A DNA stretch of 64,000 nucleotides from Carcharhinus amblyrhynchos (GCA_965287045.1 OZ336872.1:30690001-30754000); one strand, 5' to 3'; shown: positions 13,200 through 26,398, counted from the first letter of the stretch. A program made the numbers and translations. The notes: generated by a model not told the origin, from the sequence alone.

Positions 13200-13858
13200 T
13201 GTTTTGTTGACAATGACTTCAGGAAGTGTAAAAGGAGAATGTGCCCATCTATATCAATGGGGACAAAGTAGAAAGGGTTGGGTTTCAATTTTTTAAATGT
13301 CCAGATCACTGACCTGTCCTGGTGTCCCCATCCATGTTGACACTACAGTTAAAGCCCACCAACACTTCTACTTTTTGCAGAAGATGAAGGAAATTTGGCA
13401 TGTCCACTAAAACACCAACTTTTACAGATGCACCATAAAAAGCTGGTTGTATCATAGCTTGGTATGGCTGCTGCTCTGCCCAAGACCACAAGGTTATGAA
13501 TATGCCCAATTCATCAAGTAAACCAGCCTCCTGTCTGTTTGACTATCTACACTTCCTGTTGCCTCAGCAAAGCAGTCAGCATAACTAAGGACCTCACACA
13601 CCCCAAACATTCTCTCTTCCACTATCTTCCATCAGGAAAAAGATACAAAAGCGTGAGGTCACATTCCAACCGACTCGAACAGTTTCTTCTCTGCTGCCGT
13701 CAGACTTTTGAATGGAAAAACCTTGCATTAAATTAATCTTTCTCTACACCCTAACTATGACTGTATCACTTTTTTTCTGCACTCTTTTCCTTCTCTGAAT
13801 GGTATGCTTTGTATAGCACACAAGAAACAGTACTTTTCAAATACATGTGACAAAATCA
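13200..13858 (+). mobile_element. Rex1/Babar-like LINE 3' fragment
   Basis: Decayed PIYINGDKVERV...FYRCTI...CIIAWYG...KDLTHPKHSLFHYLPSGKRYKS, typical of the Rex1 C-terminus. Confidence 0.75.
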
Positions 13859-14803
13859 AAAAGTCCATGTATACATTATACACTGCCTTTCCCTCATCTT
13901 CGTCACTTCCTCACAAAACTCAAGTTGGTGAGGAAGTCCCTGTTCACAAACATGCTGTCAATCACTAATGTCTATTTCCAAATTTGAGTAAATCCTGTCC
14001 CTAAGAATCTTTTCAAATAATTTCCTACCACTGATGTAAAACGCACTGGCCAATAATTTCCCTGGATTATCCCTGCTGCTTTCTTTTAAACGAAGGAGCA
14101 ACATTGGCTATGCTCCAGTCCTCTAGCTACAGTTGAAATTCTAATGAGGGTACAAAGATTTGTCAAGGCCACAGCAATTTCCACCCTTGCCTCCCTCAGT
14201 ATTCTGGGGTAGATTCCATCAGGCCCTGGGAGCTTGCCTACTTTAATATGCCCTGTACCTCTTTCTGATTGAAAATGATCCAGAATATCTATACACCCTA
14301 CCCTAGGCTCCTCATCCATCAAGTCTGTTTCTTTGAATACTGAGGCAAAGTATTCATTTAGTATTTCACCCATTTCCTCACTTCCAAGCATAGATTCCCA
14401 CCACTATCCTTGAGTGAACCAACCCTTTTTTGGCTAACCTGTTGCTCTTTACATACGTGTAAAATGCCTTAAGATTTTCCATAATCCTGTTTGCCAGGGA
14501 CTTTTCATGATCCTTTTAGCCCTCCTAGTTCCTTCCCATGTTTATATTCAAGGGCTTCATCTATCCTAAGCCTTTTAGACCTTAATGCTATTTTTATCCA
14601 TCTGAGCCTTGTCAGAAAGAAAATGAGAACCCTCATTATCCGGGGTTCCTGATACTGGCCACACTTATCCTTCATCCTCATAGGTATATGCTGGTCCTGA
14701 ATGCCAAATAATTGGCATTTGACACTCCCACATGTCAGATGATTTGCTCTCACAGCCTCCATCAATCTACAATCTCCAGATCCTGCCTAATGTTGTAGTT
14801 AGT

Positions 14804-14806
<3 letters not shown>

Positions 14807-14872
<66 letters not shown>
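14807..14872. repeat. (TC)33 microsatellite
   Basis: Read directly. Confidence 0.98.
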
Positions 14873-14876
<4 letters not shown>

Positions 14877-15524
14877 CCCCCCCCCCTTATCCACAAGCAC
14901 TTTTAAAACTTAAAGAATTATTATCACTGTTCCCAAAATGCTCTGCTATGGAATCTTTGATCATCTGGTCTAATATGCTTCTTCAAATTGGGCTATTTAC
15001 ATACTGTTTCAAATACTCATTCTGTTCTTTGACATTTTGGGGTTGTAAACTGTGACTGTGTACATACACATTCTCACAAGTAAACTTGCAGTGGAGGGGA
15101 TTACACATGACCAGAGTCGGCTGCACTGAAGTGCTCATTGAGAAGTCTGTGATTCACTTCAAATTCTGATTTGATTTTTAACCTATTTTCCATTGGGATG
15201 ACCTAATTGTGGGGGGAAAAAAACTGGCTCAAAGGAAACCTGCCATGCTTTCTTGATCCAGCTTGCATATGACTCCAGTTCCACACCTAGCCAGAGTTGA
15301 GGCATGGAGCCATGCCAAGCTACATATTTGTATTAAATCACCACCTTGACCTTGGTGACAGGGATGGATAATAAATCCCAGCTGAACCACTGACTCCTAC
15401 ATGGCATGCAAATGGTCAACAAATGAGGGGAGCAGGCACCTTATTTTGATCCAATCTTTCATGAAATCTTTGAAGTCACTTCTTCAAAATGCTAATGTAG
15501 TTCTCCTGCATTTTTATTTTTCAG

Positions 15525-15773
15525 ACAGCAAAGCCATTGTGGATGGAAATCTGAAACTCATTCTAGGTCTCATATGGACTTTGATTCTTCACTACTCTAT
15601 TTCCATGCCTGTTTGGGATGATGAAGGAGCTGATGACACTAAAAACCAGACACCCAAACAGAGGCTGTTGGGATGGATTCAGAATAAATTACCAGATTTG
15701 CCAATCACCAATTTCAGCAATGACTGGAAAGATGGAAAAGCCTTGGGTGCTCTGGTTGACAGCTGTGCTCCAG
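15525..15773 (+). CDS. FLNB: FLNB exon 2 (CH1 end / CH2 start), 249 nt
   Basis: ttttcag|ACAGC...CCAG|gtagga; [29 protein letters not shown]...DSCAP. Confidence 0.97.
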
Positions 15774-16997
15774 GTAGGAATCATGTTGAACGCAAACTGG
15801 TGCAGATTGGAATATTGCAACCTGCTTTTTTTTAAGGTTCACCTTTTTTCCCTTTCATGCAGTTAGCCAATAGTGGGCTGAATGAGCTGATGTTCCTCGA
15901 GCTTGTTTAAGTGGGAACGTTCTGGATTCTAGTTAACTTGCCTGATTACCAGATGTGGTAAAGTTTAAAATTGTGCATGTGTGGGCCCATAAGGGGAGAT
16001 TAATTCATGATCTTTTTGTCTGAGGATGTGCTATCATGATTCCTGGCTTGCACCTACACAGTTCATTTACAGGGTTATTTTCAAAATGCATTCTCTCTCA
16101 ATGGGATAATTGTCAAGTTTTATACTTGTGCCATCTTTTTGAGCCTAAACTTGGGTGTCAGCCTTGGAAAACAATGTGTTTTGTGTTAAAGTGGGCAAAG
16201 TTTTGAAATTCAGGATGTACAAGATTCCACTAGTTTAGAGCAAACAAATACTAGATAGAAAGTCAAAGGTGGAACTGTTTATTGTATCAATTTGTCCTCG
16301 CCTCCCAGAATCGGAGAAAACGGGAAAACTGTGGTCAAATGTAACCACACACATTAAATGGCAGATGTGACCAAGACAGATTTTTCCATAACTAAGTCAG
16401 ATATCAGTAAGAGTTGACCAGTCTCATTGAAACTCCTGTCTCTAAGGGACCTTCACCTTCAACAATCTCTCCTCGCTCTCAAAGTTGCTTCAATTTGGGT
16501 GGCATGGATGACAGCCTGTCATCTGAGATGCCGTGTTCCCCAGATTTAAAAACCAACTAGAGTACAATGTCAGTTCTCCAGCTGTACTGAGCAGATATTG
16601 CTGTCCCAAAGGGATCTCGCGCACGCGCACGCGCACACACACCCACCCTGCTCGGATCCTCAGGATTCTGCTGAGCACTCTTCTCAAAAGTTTGTTAACC
16701 ACAGTTCTGCTGACTTAATTGGGATCTCACTGTCCCCTCCCGGGACTCTTCTCTGATTTATGGTGCCCTAATTTGGAATCACATGACCCAGTTTTCTTTT
16801 GCACCTTTGCACTGAGCCCATCTTTGCTCAAAAGAACTTGCTGAATTGTGCATGTGCAGCCCATTCCTGATCCACACGTGGAAACACTTGAACTACCTTG
16901 AGTTCTGACCTCCTGTTCACTGAAGTCTGGCTTTTGCAGGGAGGGGAATATCACTGCTCTTAGTTGCATTTTATAATAAGAGCACTTTCTTATTTAG

Positions 16998-17095
16998 GTT
17001 TGTGTCCTGACTGGGAGATCTGGGATGCGGCCAAACCAGTGGATAATGCACGTGAAGCTATGCAACAAGCGGATGACTGGCTTGGAGTTCCACAG
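16998..17095 (+). CDS. FLNB: FLNB exon 3 (CH2), 98 nt
   Basis: tttag|GTTTG...ACAG|gtaaaa; [33 protein letters not shown]. Confidence 0.97.
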
Positions 17096-18783
17096 GTAAA
17101 AAGTAATCCATAACTCTTCTAGTAAATCTTAAGTCCTACTGTAAATATAACCAATGTAATGATTTGAGGCTTGGATTGAGTAATACATGTGCAATTTCCC
17201 AATAGCTGAGCCATGGCTTGGGAGTGGTAGGGTAGCAAGAGTTATCTTCCAGGATCTGCATGTGTGTGCAGACAGGCGTGGGTCTTTGCATCACTTTCCC
17301 ACAGTGCCCTCCAATGTAAACCTAGGGTGGGATACTTGAGCAGTGAATGGTTCCTGTGTTTAAATTTGCAAACTCAGTGTCTCAACTTGATTTGCCCATT
17401 GTCACACATTTACTGCAATAACTTGCTGTAGAATTGAAAACTGTATTATGTTAAGCAATTATCCTGTGGTTCATGTGTCACCGTACATTTTATCATTGAG
17501 CAGTTAACCTGAGGCTTGTTACTGCTCTTGTTTTTGTGGTCCTCGCTAAGGTTAGAACTTGGTTTGTGTTGTAAGCAGTTCTGGTTGCTTCATTATAAAG
17601 GAGCTGCTTGCAAATGAGCTGTGTATAAATATTCTGTGGTCTAAACTTTTGTTTCAAAATCCAATATGGGTACTGTTTTACTTCAGATTGATCAAGTGCT
17701 GGTCTTTCAGCCACAAGCTGCTAACATTTTCTGAATGTCTTTTTTAAAACTATTGTTTCTCAATACAGTGGCACTAATTAATGCTGTCCGTTGCAGTGAT
17801 GGTTTTGCACCAATTAAGTTGCTTATTCTTTAACATCCCACTCATTTCCTGCCTATTAGGGGAAAATATTTTAATAACGTCTTGACTAATTGAAATTGAG
17901 CACGATAGAAATACTGCTTCAAGAAAGTGAAAAATCAATCAAAAACAAGCTTAACAACACCCACACAGTATTTGATGTGCAACACTTCAATTATTGCAGA
18001 AGAAAAGCTTAAATCTTTGGCAGATAATTGGATGCCCAGTTAACAATGAGTGACCCAACAGGTCACGCATACTAAGACAAGTGTCTACAGATTGCTCTCC
18101 AGATATATTTAGCATGACTTTAAGTAGTTTCCAGCTTATTTGATGGCAAAATACCCTCCTGTTTGTAATGCCCCCAGGGCCAAGATGAGATAGCAAAATT
18201 GGTAATCATCTTGGTCCCAACCCTCACTGCACCTTCAGCATTGATTCATTTCCCAACTCTATGTAACTACACTGAGTTGAACCAAGCTCTTTTTGTAACT
18301 TCGCTCCATTTAAACTCTGGTAGAGTTTGCAGCTACACAACGTCTCCTGTCACTAAGGCCACCGACTTCCTGTCTCTGTCCTCCTTTTATATCCATGTAC
18401 TGCTGACACCATCATCCTTTAAGTGTCCAGACTTGACTGCTAGTGCTGCCCAGTCCAACCTGGCATGTGCTACTCTATTTAAAGCTTATCTGAAACTGCT
18501 TTTCCTAAACTGCAACAAATTCTGCCTGCTCATTCCTTGTATTTATTGTTGCTCTTTGCTTTGGCTTGTACCTTGAGTAAAAGTCACCATGAATACAAGT
18601 AGGTCATTTGGTTTACGATGTAATGAGCCTGCAACTTCTGACAGTGTCAGGGTTGATCTGGATCAACCCAACCCAGTATTTTTTGGCTTAGTGTATTGTT
18701 CTACTCTGATTTGCCCATGATTCTCTGACATCAGTCCAAAATTGGTAAATTCTAGTGGCTGAATGAATTAATGGAGCAGTGCT

Positions 18784-19092
18784 AGGTGGCACAGTAGTTA
18801 GTACTACTGCCTCTCAGCACCAGGGACCTGAGTTCAATTCTGGCCTTGAGTAATTGTGTGGAGTTTTCACATTCTTGCCATGTCTGCCTTGGTTTCTTTC
18901 AGGTACTTCAAGTATTCCTCCAATACTTCAAAAATGTGCAGATTAGGTTGACTGGCCATGCTAAAGTGCCCTGGTGTTGGGGAATCAGCAGAGTAATTAC
19001 TTGGGGTTACAGGGCTAGGGTCTGGGTTTGGATTGTTATTGGTGTAGGCTTGATGGGTCAAATGGCTGTCTCCTGCACAGTAGGGACTGACT
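18784..19092 (+). mobile_element. HE1/V-SINE-like SINE
   Basis: 'ggtggcacagtagttagtactactgcctc..gagttcaattc' head plus V core. Confidence 0.8.
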
Positions 19093-19277
19093 CTGGTTAT
19101 CTCAAAAAAAAATAGTTTATTTGGAAGAAGTCCTTCATATTAGATTTATAACAAACCTTTTCCTTGAGTAAATATTGCAACTGACAGTAGTGGTTTAGAA
19201 CCTGATCCAAAAGTTGTGATTAGATTGAAAATCTACGTTTGATTTTTAAAATTGTTTAATATCTATTTTTCTTCCAG

Positions 19278-19425
19278 GTGATTGCCCCAGAGGAAATCAT
19301 AGATCAAAATGTCGATGAGCAATCAGTAATGACTTATTTGTCACAGTTCCCCAAAGCCAAACTTAAACCTGGAGCTCCCTTAAAACCTAAGCTGAATCCT
19401 AAGAAAGCAAGGGCTTATGGTCCAG
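19278..19425 (+). CDS. FLNB: FLNB exon 4 (CH2 end / Ig1 start), 148 nt
   Basis: ttccag|GTGATT...CCAG|gtaagt; VIAPEEIID...[19 protein letters not shown]...ARAYGP. Confidence 0.97.
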
Positions 19426-19586
19426 GTAAGTCTCCAGCTGAATTTGAAGTATCTTGCCATCTGTACCTTGTATCTGAGTCCAAAACCTCCCTTCAGGTCA
19501 TGCTCGGAAGTTAGCTGGGGCAATTCCTGGCTTGCATCGATATTCTGAAATATTTCACTTGCACTTTTTAAAATTTTATTTTGTAG

Positions 19587-19705
19587 GAATTGAGCCTTTG
19601 GGTAATGTTGTTATGCATCCTGCTAAATTCACTGTTGAAACAATCAGTGCTGGGCAAGGTGAGGTGATGGTCTTTGTGGATGACCCAGAAAATCAGCGAG
19701 AGGAG
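19587..19705 (+). CDS. FLNB: FLNB exon 5 (Ig1), 119 nt
   Basis: ttgtag|GAATT...GGAG|gtaatt; [40 protein letters not shown]. Confidence 0.96.
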
Positions 19706-20068
19706 GTAATTTCTTAACATTGTATTTGTATTCTAAATATTAACTTTGGTAGAAAGTAAAATGATTGCACAAGGCTTTAATAGGATTGAGAGCTGTAGGT
19801 AGGGATATGACCAGTGCAACTTGTGGGTGGCAGGGCCTGTTTGTGCTGTGGTTTTTCTGTTCTAAGTCTGTCATGGCATCAAATCTTATCTCGCTTTTCC
19901 TCATTGTATTACCACACCTCACTTCCAGCAAACTACCTAAGGCATAGAGATAAATGACATTTTTATTTTGCCTGCTCCCAGCCTGGAGGTGTTCTAATGC
20001 TTTCCAATTATTTATCTTGACCAGAAATTGTTGCAAACGTTCTTAAATTCCTGCTAGCTCTCTGTATT

Positions 20069-20552
20069 GAACATAAGAACATAAGAAATAGGAGCAGGAG
20101 TAGGCCAACTAGCCCTTTGAGCCTGCCCCGCCATTCAATAAGATCATGGCTGATCTGTCGTGGCTCAGTTCCACATTCCCGCCCTCTCCCCATAACCCTT
20201 AATCCCCTCTCTTATCAAAAACCCATCAACCCGCGTCTTAAAAATATTTAGCGAGGTAGCCTCCACCACTTCAACGGGCAGAGAATTCCAGAGATTCACC
20301 ACCCTTTGAGTGAAGAAGTTCCTCCTCAACTCCGTTCTAAACACCCCCCCCCCCCCCCCCCCCCCTCTTAATCTTGAGGCTGTGCCCCCTAGTCCTACTA
20401 TCCTTTCTGAGCGGGAAGAGTCTCTTCACCTCTATCCTATCCATCCCATTCATCATCTTATACGTCTCAATGAGATCTCCCCTCATTCTTCTAAACTCTA
20501 ACGAGTACAAGCCTAATTTATTCAGCCTCTCCTCATAGCTCAACCCCCTCAA
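20069..20552 (-). mobile_element. Young CR1/HER1-like LINE 3' end (copy 3)
   Basis: Nearly identical by eye to 7572-8070 and 35108-35580. Confidence 0.93.
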
Positions 20553-20654
20553 CATTCTTGTTATCAATGGGTACTTGGGTTTAAGTGAATTCTGTAGCAG
20601 GCTAACGAACATCTCAAATGTTATGAATGTAGATAACCTCTGATTCTAAGAATC

Positions 20655-21460
20655 TTCATTTACAGCATGGAAACAGGCACTTTTGCCCAACTTGTATATG
20701 CTGCCCTCTTTGCTAGAACGCCTAAGCTATCCCATTTGCTCGCATTTGGCCCATATCCCATTTATACCAATCATACCCATGTAACTGTCTAAACATTTTT
20801 AAAAGACATAATTTTACCCATCTCTACTGCCTTTTGGCAGCTTGTTCCAGACACACTCCACCCTCCATGGAAAAAAAAATTGCATCCTCTGGACCCTTTT
20901 GTGTAGCTCCCCTCTTTCCTTAAACTTATGCCCTCTAGTTTCAGACTCCTACTTTTGGGACAAGATGTTGACTATCTAATGGATCTATGCCCCTCATTTT
21001 GTAGATCTCAAGATTATCCCTCAGCCTTCTATGCTTCAGAGGAAAAAGTCCCAGCCCCTCCTTGTAACTCAAACCAAATCCCAGTAGCATCCTGGTAAAT
21101 CTTTTCTGCAGTCTTTCTAGTTTAATATCATTTCTATAATAGGGTGACCAGAACTGTACACAGTATTCCAAGTGTGGCCGTATCAATGTCTTGTACAACT
21201 TCAAGACACCCCAACTCCTGTATTCAATGTTTGGACCAATGAAACCAAGCTTGCTTGAATGCCTTCACCACTCTGTCTACCTGCGACTCCACTTTCAAGG
21301 TCAATGAACCTGTATCCCTAGATCTCTTTGCTCTGTAATGCTCCCCAACACCCTACCATTAACTGAGCAAGTCCTGCTCTGGTTCAGTCTACCAAAAATG
21401 CATCACCTTGTGTTTATGTAACTTAAACTTCATCTGCCATTTGTCAGCCCACTGGCCCAA
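20655..21460 (-). mobile_element. Older CR1-like LINE 3' fragment (different subfamily)
   Basis: [33 protein letters not shown]; WADKWQMKF. Confidence 0.85.
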
Positions 21461-21794
21461 GATTATTCTCATTAAAAGATCTGTTGGGTTCAGAATGAAG
21501 TCAAACTCAGGTTCTGTTTGTATTCTAAACTGTTTAATTTTGACTAGATCTTTAATTAAAGTTCCAAGGTGCAATTGCATATGTGATCCTACTTTTCATT
21601 AGATGCTGCTGATAAGATTTTAACTTTCATGCCTGAAGTTTTGTTTTATTTTAAGTTGAACGGTAACTGTTGCTATGATCTGTCAGCATCAATAAATAAA
21701 AGGTCAATCACTTCATACAGATATAGTTGCTGAAATCGTTTTTAAGCAATAGTTTGTTACATCATACTGTAATTGCGTTAGCGTAGCAAAGTCA

Positions 21795-22070
21795 ATAATG
21801 GGTCCCAGCCCCACTTGACAGATGTGGAATCTTCAGTGCAGTACTAAGTACTCTTTTTAATGTTTAAACCAAGGTCCTATTTCCTTGTTCAGATGGATGT
21901 ACAAGATGCTACAGCACAATTGAGCTGGGGTTTTCACAGTGACATAGCCACTATTTGTATTTAACCAGTAAACACCTCCCAAAAAAAGACAGGCTATCTT
22001 GCCATTTTTCTCGTTACTATGTGTTGGATCTTAATGTAGGGAAATAATTGCTCTGCAGCTGCATACAAGT
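21795..22070 (+). mobile_element. Decayed Deu-domain SINE-like element (related relic ~42010-42240 on -)
   Basis: 'ttaaaccaaggtcct..tcagatggatgtacaagatgc.acagcac' resembles the DeuSINE core. Confidence 0.4.
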
Positions 22071-22170
22071 TGAGTTGTTCTTGGCCTGAAATGTGTTCTT
22101 GTGAAATAATCAGTGGTTTTGTATGAGTGAATACATTGCAAAGGTTCTAATGTTCTTAAATTCCTGCTAG

Positions 22171-22248
22171 GCAAAGGTGACCAATAACCATGACAAGAAC
22201 AAGACTTACTCGGTGATTTATATACCAAAGGTTGCAGGATGTCATAAG
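22171..22248 (+). CDS. FLNB: FLNB exon 6 (Ig1), 78 nt
   Basis: ctgctag|GCAAAG...TAAG|gtgaat; AKVTNNHDKNKTYSVIYIPKVAGCHK. Confidence 0.95.
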
Positions 22249-22696
22249 GTGAATATATACATTTCACTACAATTGTTCCATCTCTTTTGGAATATTTTGG
22301 TGCAGGAATGTTGCCATCATCCTGATTACAAGGTGTTACTAGGCTGTTCTGTTTGTGCTGTGAAATAATTTTTTTATTTTAATAACCAGGTTACTCTGCT
22401 GTCCTGTTCCATATCTAAGAGCTGGGGCATGTCTTTGATTTTTTTTTTCTCTGTGGAAATATTGTGATCATGTTAATGGCCCAGGGATCTGAAATTCCAG
22501 TGCTATCTGATAAGGAACACTTTTATCCTCTTTAGAAAAACTCAGTCTGTCTGTAACCCTGAAGGGTGTGGGAGTAAACAATATGTTTTAATAAAACAAG
22601 AATAAGATGTTGCATTTCCTAGCTCAAGTCCTTGTATTGCCACTGGACATTTGTTTCTATAATGGCTGACCTTGCCATATAATGGTCTCTCTCCAG

Positions 22697-22859
22697 GTAA
22701 CTGTTTTATTTGCTGGACAGCACATATCCAAAAGTCCTTTTGAAGTCAACATTGACAAGGCCCAAGGTGATGCCAGTAAAGTGACGGCACGAGGACCTGG
22801 CTTGGAATCTGCCGGAAACATTGCTAATAAGCCAACCTACTTTGATATTTATACAGCAG
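22697..22859 (+). CDS. FLNB: FLNB exon 7 (Ig1/Ig2), 163 nt
   Basis: ctccag|GTAACT...GCAG|gtatac; [17 protein letters not shown]...[10 protein letters not shown]. Confidence 0.96.
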
Positions 22860-23402
22860 GTATACTTTTGAAGTCTGTGGGTAAGGGAGGAAATAAAAAG
22901 TTTCCTCTTTATATAAATTGCTCTTCAAAATATTAGTGTTGGTTATTGGTGTAAAATTGCATGTTACAGTTAGGAATGTGAAGAAATTGTATTAATATGG
23001 AAGGCTAAATTACTTGAATTGAGGTGACCCAGAGATTTTGAATATATTGTAGCTACCTATTAAAATGGCTGGAATTTAAAATCACAACGCACACATTAGC
23101 ATTTTTATGGCGCGCTTCCTTTAGAAGGCTGGCTAGCACTACACATTGGGGGCAACTGTACAAAACAGCATGCTATAACTGATATTTCTAATATTGCATT
23201 TGGGTAGTCCATATTTGGCATGCTTGACTTGTGTTAAACTTTGATTTGTAGCCAAGCACTGCTTGTTAAAATACTGTTGTAGCAATTTAATCTGAATGCT
23301 TTGAGGTTTTTGAAATAACAGTTGAAGGAATTAAGTGTCAAAATCAGAATGAAAGCTCCTTTGGTATAAATAAGAGTCTTTCTTTTCTTTGCCTTTTAAA
23401 AG

Positions 23403-23600
23403 GTGCTGGAGTTGGCAATATTGAAGTGGTGATAGTGGACCCTCAGGGTAAAACTGATACTGAAGTAATGATTGAAGACAAGGGGAACAATAATCATCGG
23501 TGCAGTTACAGACCCTTGCAAGCAGGGCACCACACAATCCAAATTGCATTTGCTGAATCGCCAATACCCAAGAGCCCGTATTCTGTCACTGTAGGTGAAG
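23403..23600 (+). CDS. FLNB: FLNB exon 8 (Ig2), 198 nt
   Basis: tttaaaag|GTGCT...GAAG|gtgggt; GAGVGNIEVVIVDPQGK...PIPKSPYSVTVGE. Confidence 0.95.
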
Positions 23601-24818
23601 GTGGGTGATGTGTCTGCTCATCTGCACAAGTGCTGATTACATTCTTCATTGTGTTTTAAAACCCATAAGCTCAAGATTAATGTTTTCTTTGGGGAAAATC
23701 TTTCAATGAGCATTTGAAGTCTTGCTACAAATCTTTTACAGATTCACTCAAGTATGAAAGATAAGGGGGAAGGGAAGACACAATGCAATCTCTCTCGAAC
23801 AGCAAGAAATTTAAATGCTAACTTAAAAATCTGGAATTGTAAAGCTATCATCAATAATGGCAACTAGAAAATGATTAGACTTTTGATCGTAAACCCATCT
23901 GGTTTGCTATCCTCCCTTTGTGGGGGAGGAGGCAATCTGCCATTCTTACCTGTGCCAACTCCAGGCTCTCAGCAATGTAGTTGACTCTAAATTGTGCTCA
24001 AACAGCCTAGTAAGTCATTCCTAATCTGTAGAAAAAGACACATCCTGTGAAGCCCTTTTTAGTTGAGATTTGTTTTTTGATTGCCTCATGTATTAGCAAT
24101 GTCAAACTTATCTGTTTCTAGCAGTTTGTGATCTGTTCATGCAGTTCAGTATCTACTCTGCAGTTCCTTTTGTCTACAAAATATCTTTTTTGATCAAGGT
24201 TTATTCTGAACATGCTCAATATTTACTTTCAATGCCAATTCAAGGCATTTAATGTAGCTAGAAACTAAAGGAAGTGTTTGTTTCATTTACACTTGTTTCA
24301 TTATTGCAAAAGGAAGTTGGCATTGGTTAATCTGGAGTGTGCATAAACAATTTGAGCAATTGATCTGAAAAAATCCATTGTCACACACTTCAAGCCAGTT
24401 AATTTGGTAGCACATAGCAAAATAATCTTTACTTCAAACTCAGTTTTGGTTTTCAGATTGGCACTGGAATAAGTGCAAAGGTATTAACCAATTCCATGTC
24501 TGTATCAGATCCAAGTTCCCAACTCTTTTCATCCTTGCCCTAAAAAAATTGGGAATGAAATACCAGTGGTGCCTTGCGTTCCCTGTAATTGATCAGATGT
24601 CTGTTTTGGTTGGTACATATCCCTTTGTACTTCCAGTGACTTGCAACTGAGGGTTTTCTCTCTCCATGTTAATTGTCAACTTTAAACTTGCCAGTTACAG
24701 TTGGTACCATTTTGTCTCCACTGGGTCTATTCACTTTATTCTGTTGTCCCATTCCCCTTAGCCTGAAACACAACTCCACAGGACTCAGTGGAAACTTCAA
24801 TTTTTCTTTCTGTTCCAG

Positions 24819-24956
24819 CTTGTAATCCCAATGCTTGTCGTGCTACTGGGCGCGGCCTACAACCTAAAGGACTGAGAATTCGCCAAGTTGCTGACTTTAA
24901 AGTTCATACTAAAGGGGCTGGAAGTGGTGACCTGAAAGTGACAGTGAAAGGACCAA
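24819..24956 (+). CDS. FLNB: FLNB exon 9 (Ig3), 138 nt
   Basis: ttccag|CTTGT...CCAA|gtaagt; [18 protein letters not shown]...[12 protein letters not shown]. Confidence 0.96.
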
Positions 24957-25844
24957 GTAAGTTTTTTTTGCTGAAAGGATGGGTTTTGTTGGAACAAATA
25001 ACCTGGTTAATTGTCCTCTTAACCTCTTTCCCCAAAGTTTAAAAAAACTAGCAAGACATGAACTAAGAGGGAACTTCGAGCAATTCAGCAATACAGGTTT
25101 GCTCTCAGACTAGGATCCCTACTGCTTGTCTTTTCTTTTAACTTTGGAATAGCAATTTGAAGTTGAGTCATAAAGTCAGGTATATGGCACAAAAAAGCCC
25201 TTCAGCCCATCACATCTGCACTGCTCAAAGACAAACCAGCCAACTGTTCTAATCCTATTTTCCAGCATTTGAATGATCAAGTCTATGATTCTGCCACACG
25301 TCCCAGACTGTTTCAGTTTTGTGCTTACCTTGCTCGTTGGGGTCAAAGGGCCAAAAAGAGTAACACCATCATGATTAGCATTATTGAGGTCTTTGTCCAT
25401 GACCATGTGACTGTCATTAATGAGACATTGAATTCAATTTTTGTTCTGTTAATTAGCGAATAGACCCTCATTAAATATTTTGCTAAATCTAAAACTTGCA
25501 GTTTGGTTTTCCACCATTTTTAAAGTTTGTGAATGTTAATATTCTGTAAATGTACTTCCTGTTAATTGTTTGTGGTATTGCTTTCTCAGAATTAACAATA
25601 CACATGGGCAACAAGTGAGATTTGTTTTCGCTAGCAATAAAGTAGTAGATAGTTTAGTTTTAAAATTGGATTTTGTGAATTGTGCTGCTAGACAACCTTA
25701 TCTTTAACACTGAATTTCCAGTCCCTTTATTTAAAATGTGATTTCATCAGTGACCTTAACACTTCCCCTGTGGCACATAAAATTGTATATTGCTCTTTAC
25801 TACTTTTTTATAGTTACCTGCTAAGAGCCTTGAAACAATTATCA

Positions 25845-26335
25845 AGAGCGGAGGATGCTAGAAAAACTCTGCAGGTCTGCCAGCATCTATTAGAGAAACC
25901 TGAGTCAGCGTTTGAGTCCTTTTGACTCTTGAGGGAGAATGTGTTAGTGCTGTAAGAGATTGCAACTTTAAGAACAAAAGTCTCCTGTGGGAGGGGGATA
26001 ATTTGAATTGTGGCAATACATGTTGGGTCATTTTTTTAAGGGGTTTTAAGACAGAGTCTTGAATCTAAAGTTGAGCTCAAATCCCAAGGACTGCAATGTA
26101 CCCAATCAAAAGAGATGCTGCTCCTCCAGCTTGCACTGGACTTTACCTGGAACATTGCAGCAGGTCAAGGACAAGACGTGGGCATGAGAGCAAACTGCTC
26201 CATTTGCACACGTGACCAACTTTTTCCTATTGCAAGCAACAGGAAAGTTGGTCATGTGTGCAAACAGTAAACGTTTTCCACTAAGTAGTCACTGCATCTA
26301 TATTTAATGTAGCGGAGACTGCATTGATGCAATTA
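25845..26335 (-). mobile_element. Penelope-like element relic (GIY-YIG C-terminus plus terminal repeat)
   Basis: 'gatgctagaaaaactctgcaggtctgccagcatct..cgtttgagtcc' terminus; minus-strand remnants of EEQHL and LGTLQ. Confidence 0.5.
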
Positions 26336-26398
26336 ACTTTGGTTAATCCAAGTTCTGTTTGCATGTCTCAAAGTCTGTTGGTTATACCTCCTTGACAG

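Larger units (their letters stand above)
12975..15030 (-). mobile_element. Old CR1-like LINE relic, interrupted by a Rex/Babar insert and a (TC)n tract
   Basis: EEMGEILNEYFASVF..GPDGIYPRILREAR; the DF.KAFDKVPH motif is split between ~13160-13185 and ~13860. Confidence 0.75.

Noticed and set aside
14732-15055. ORF with an SLSLSL run (and IYIYIY ORFs near 63200)
   Set aside because: Translation of microsatellites.
1-15524. FLNB exon 1 or promoter, or a nested gene in intron 1
   Set aside because: No CpG island, no N-terminal CH1 peptide and no non-repeat ORF with recognisable homology.
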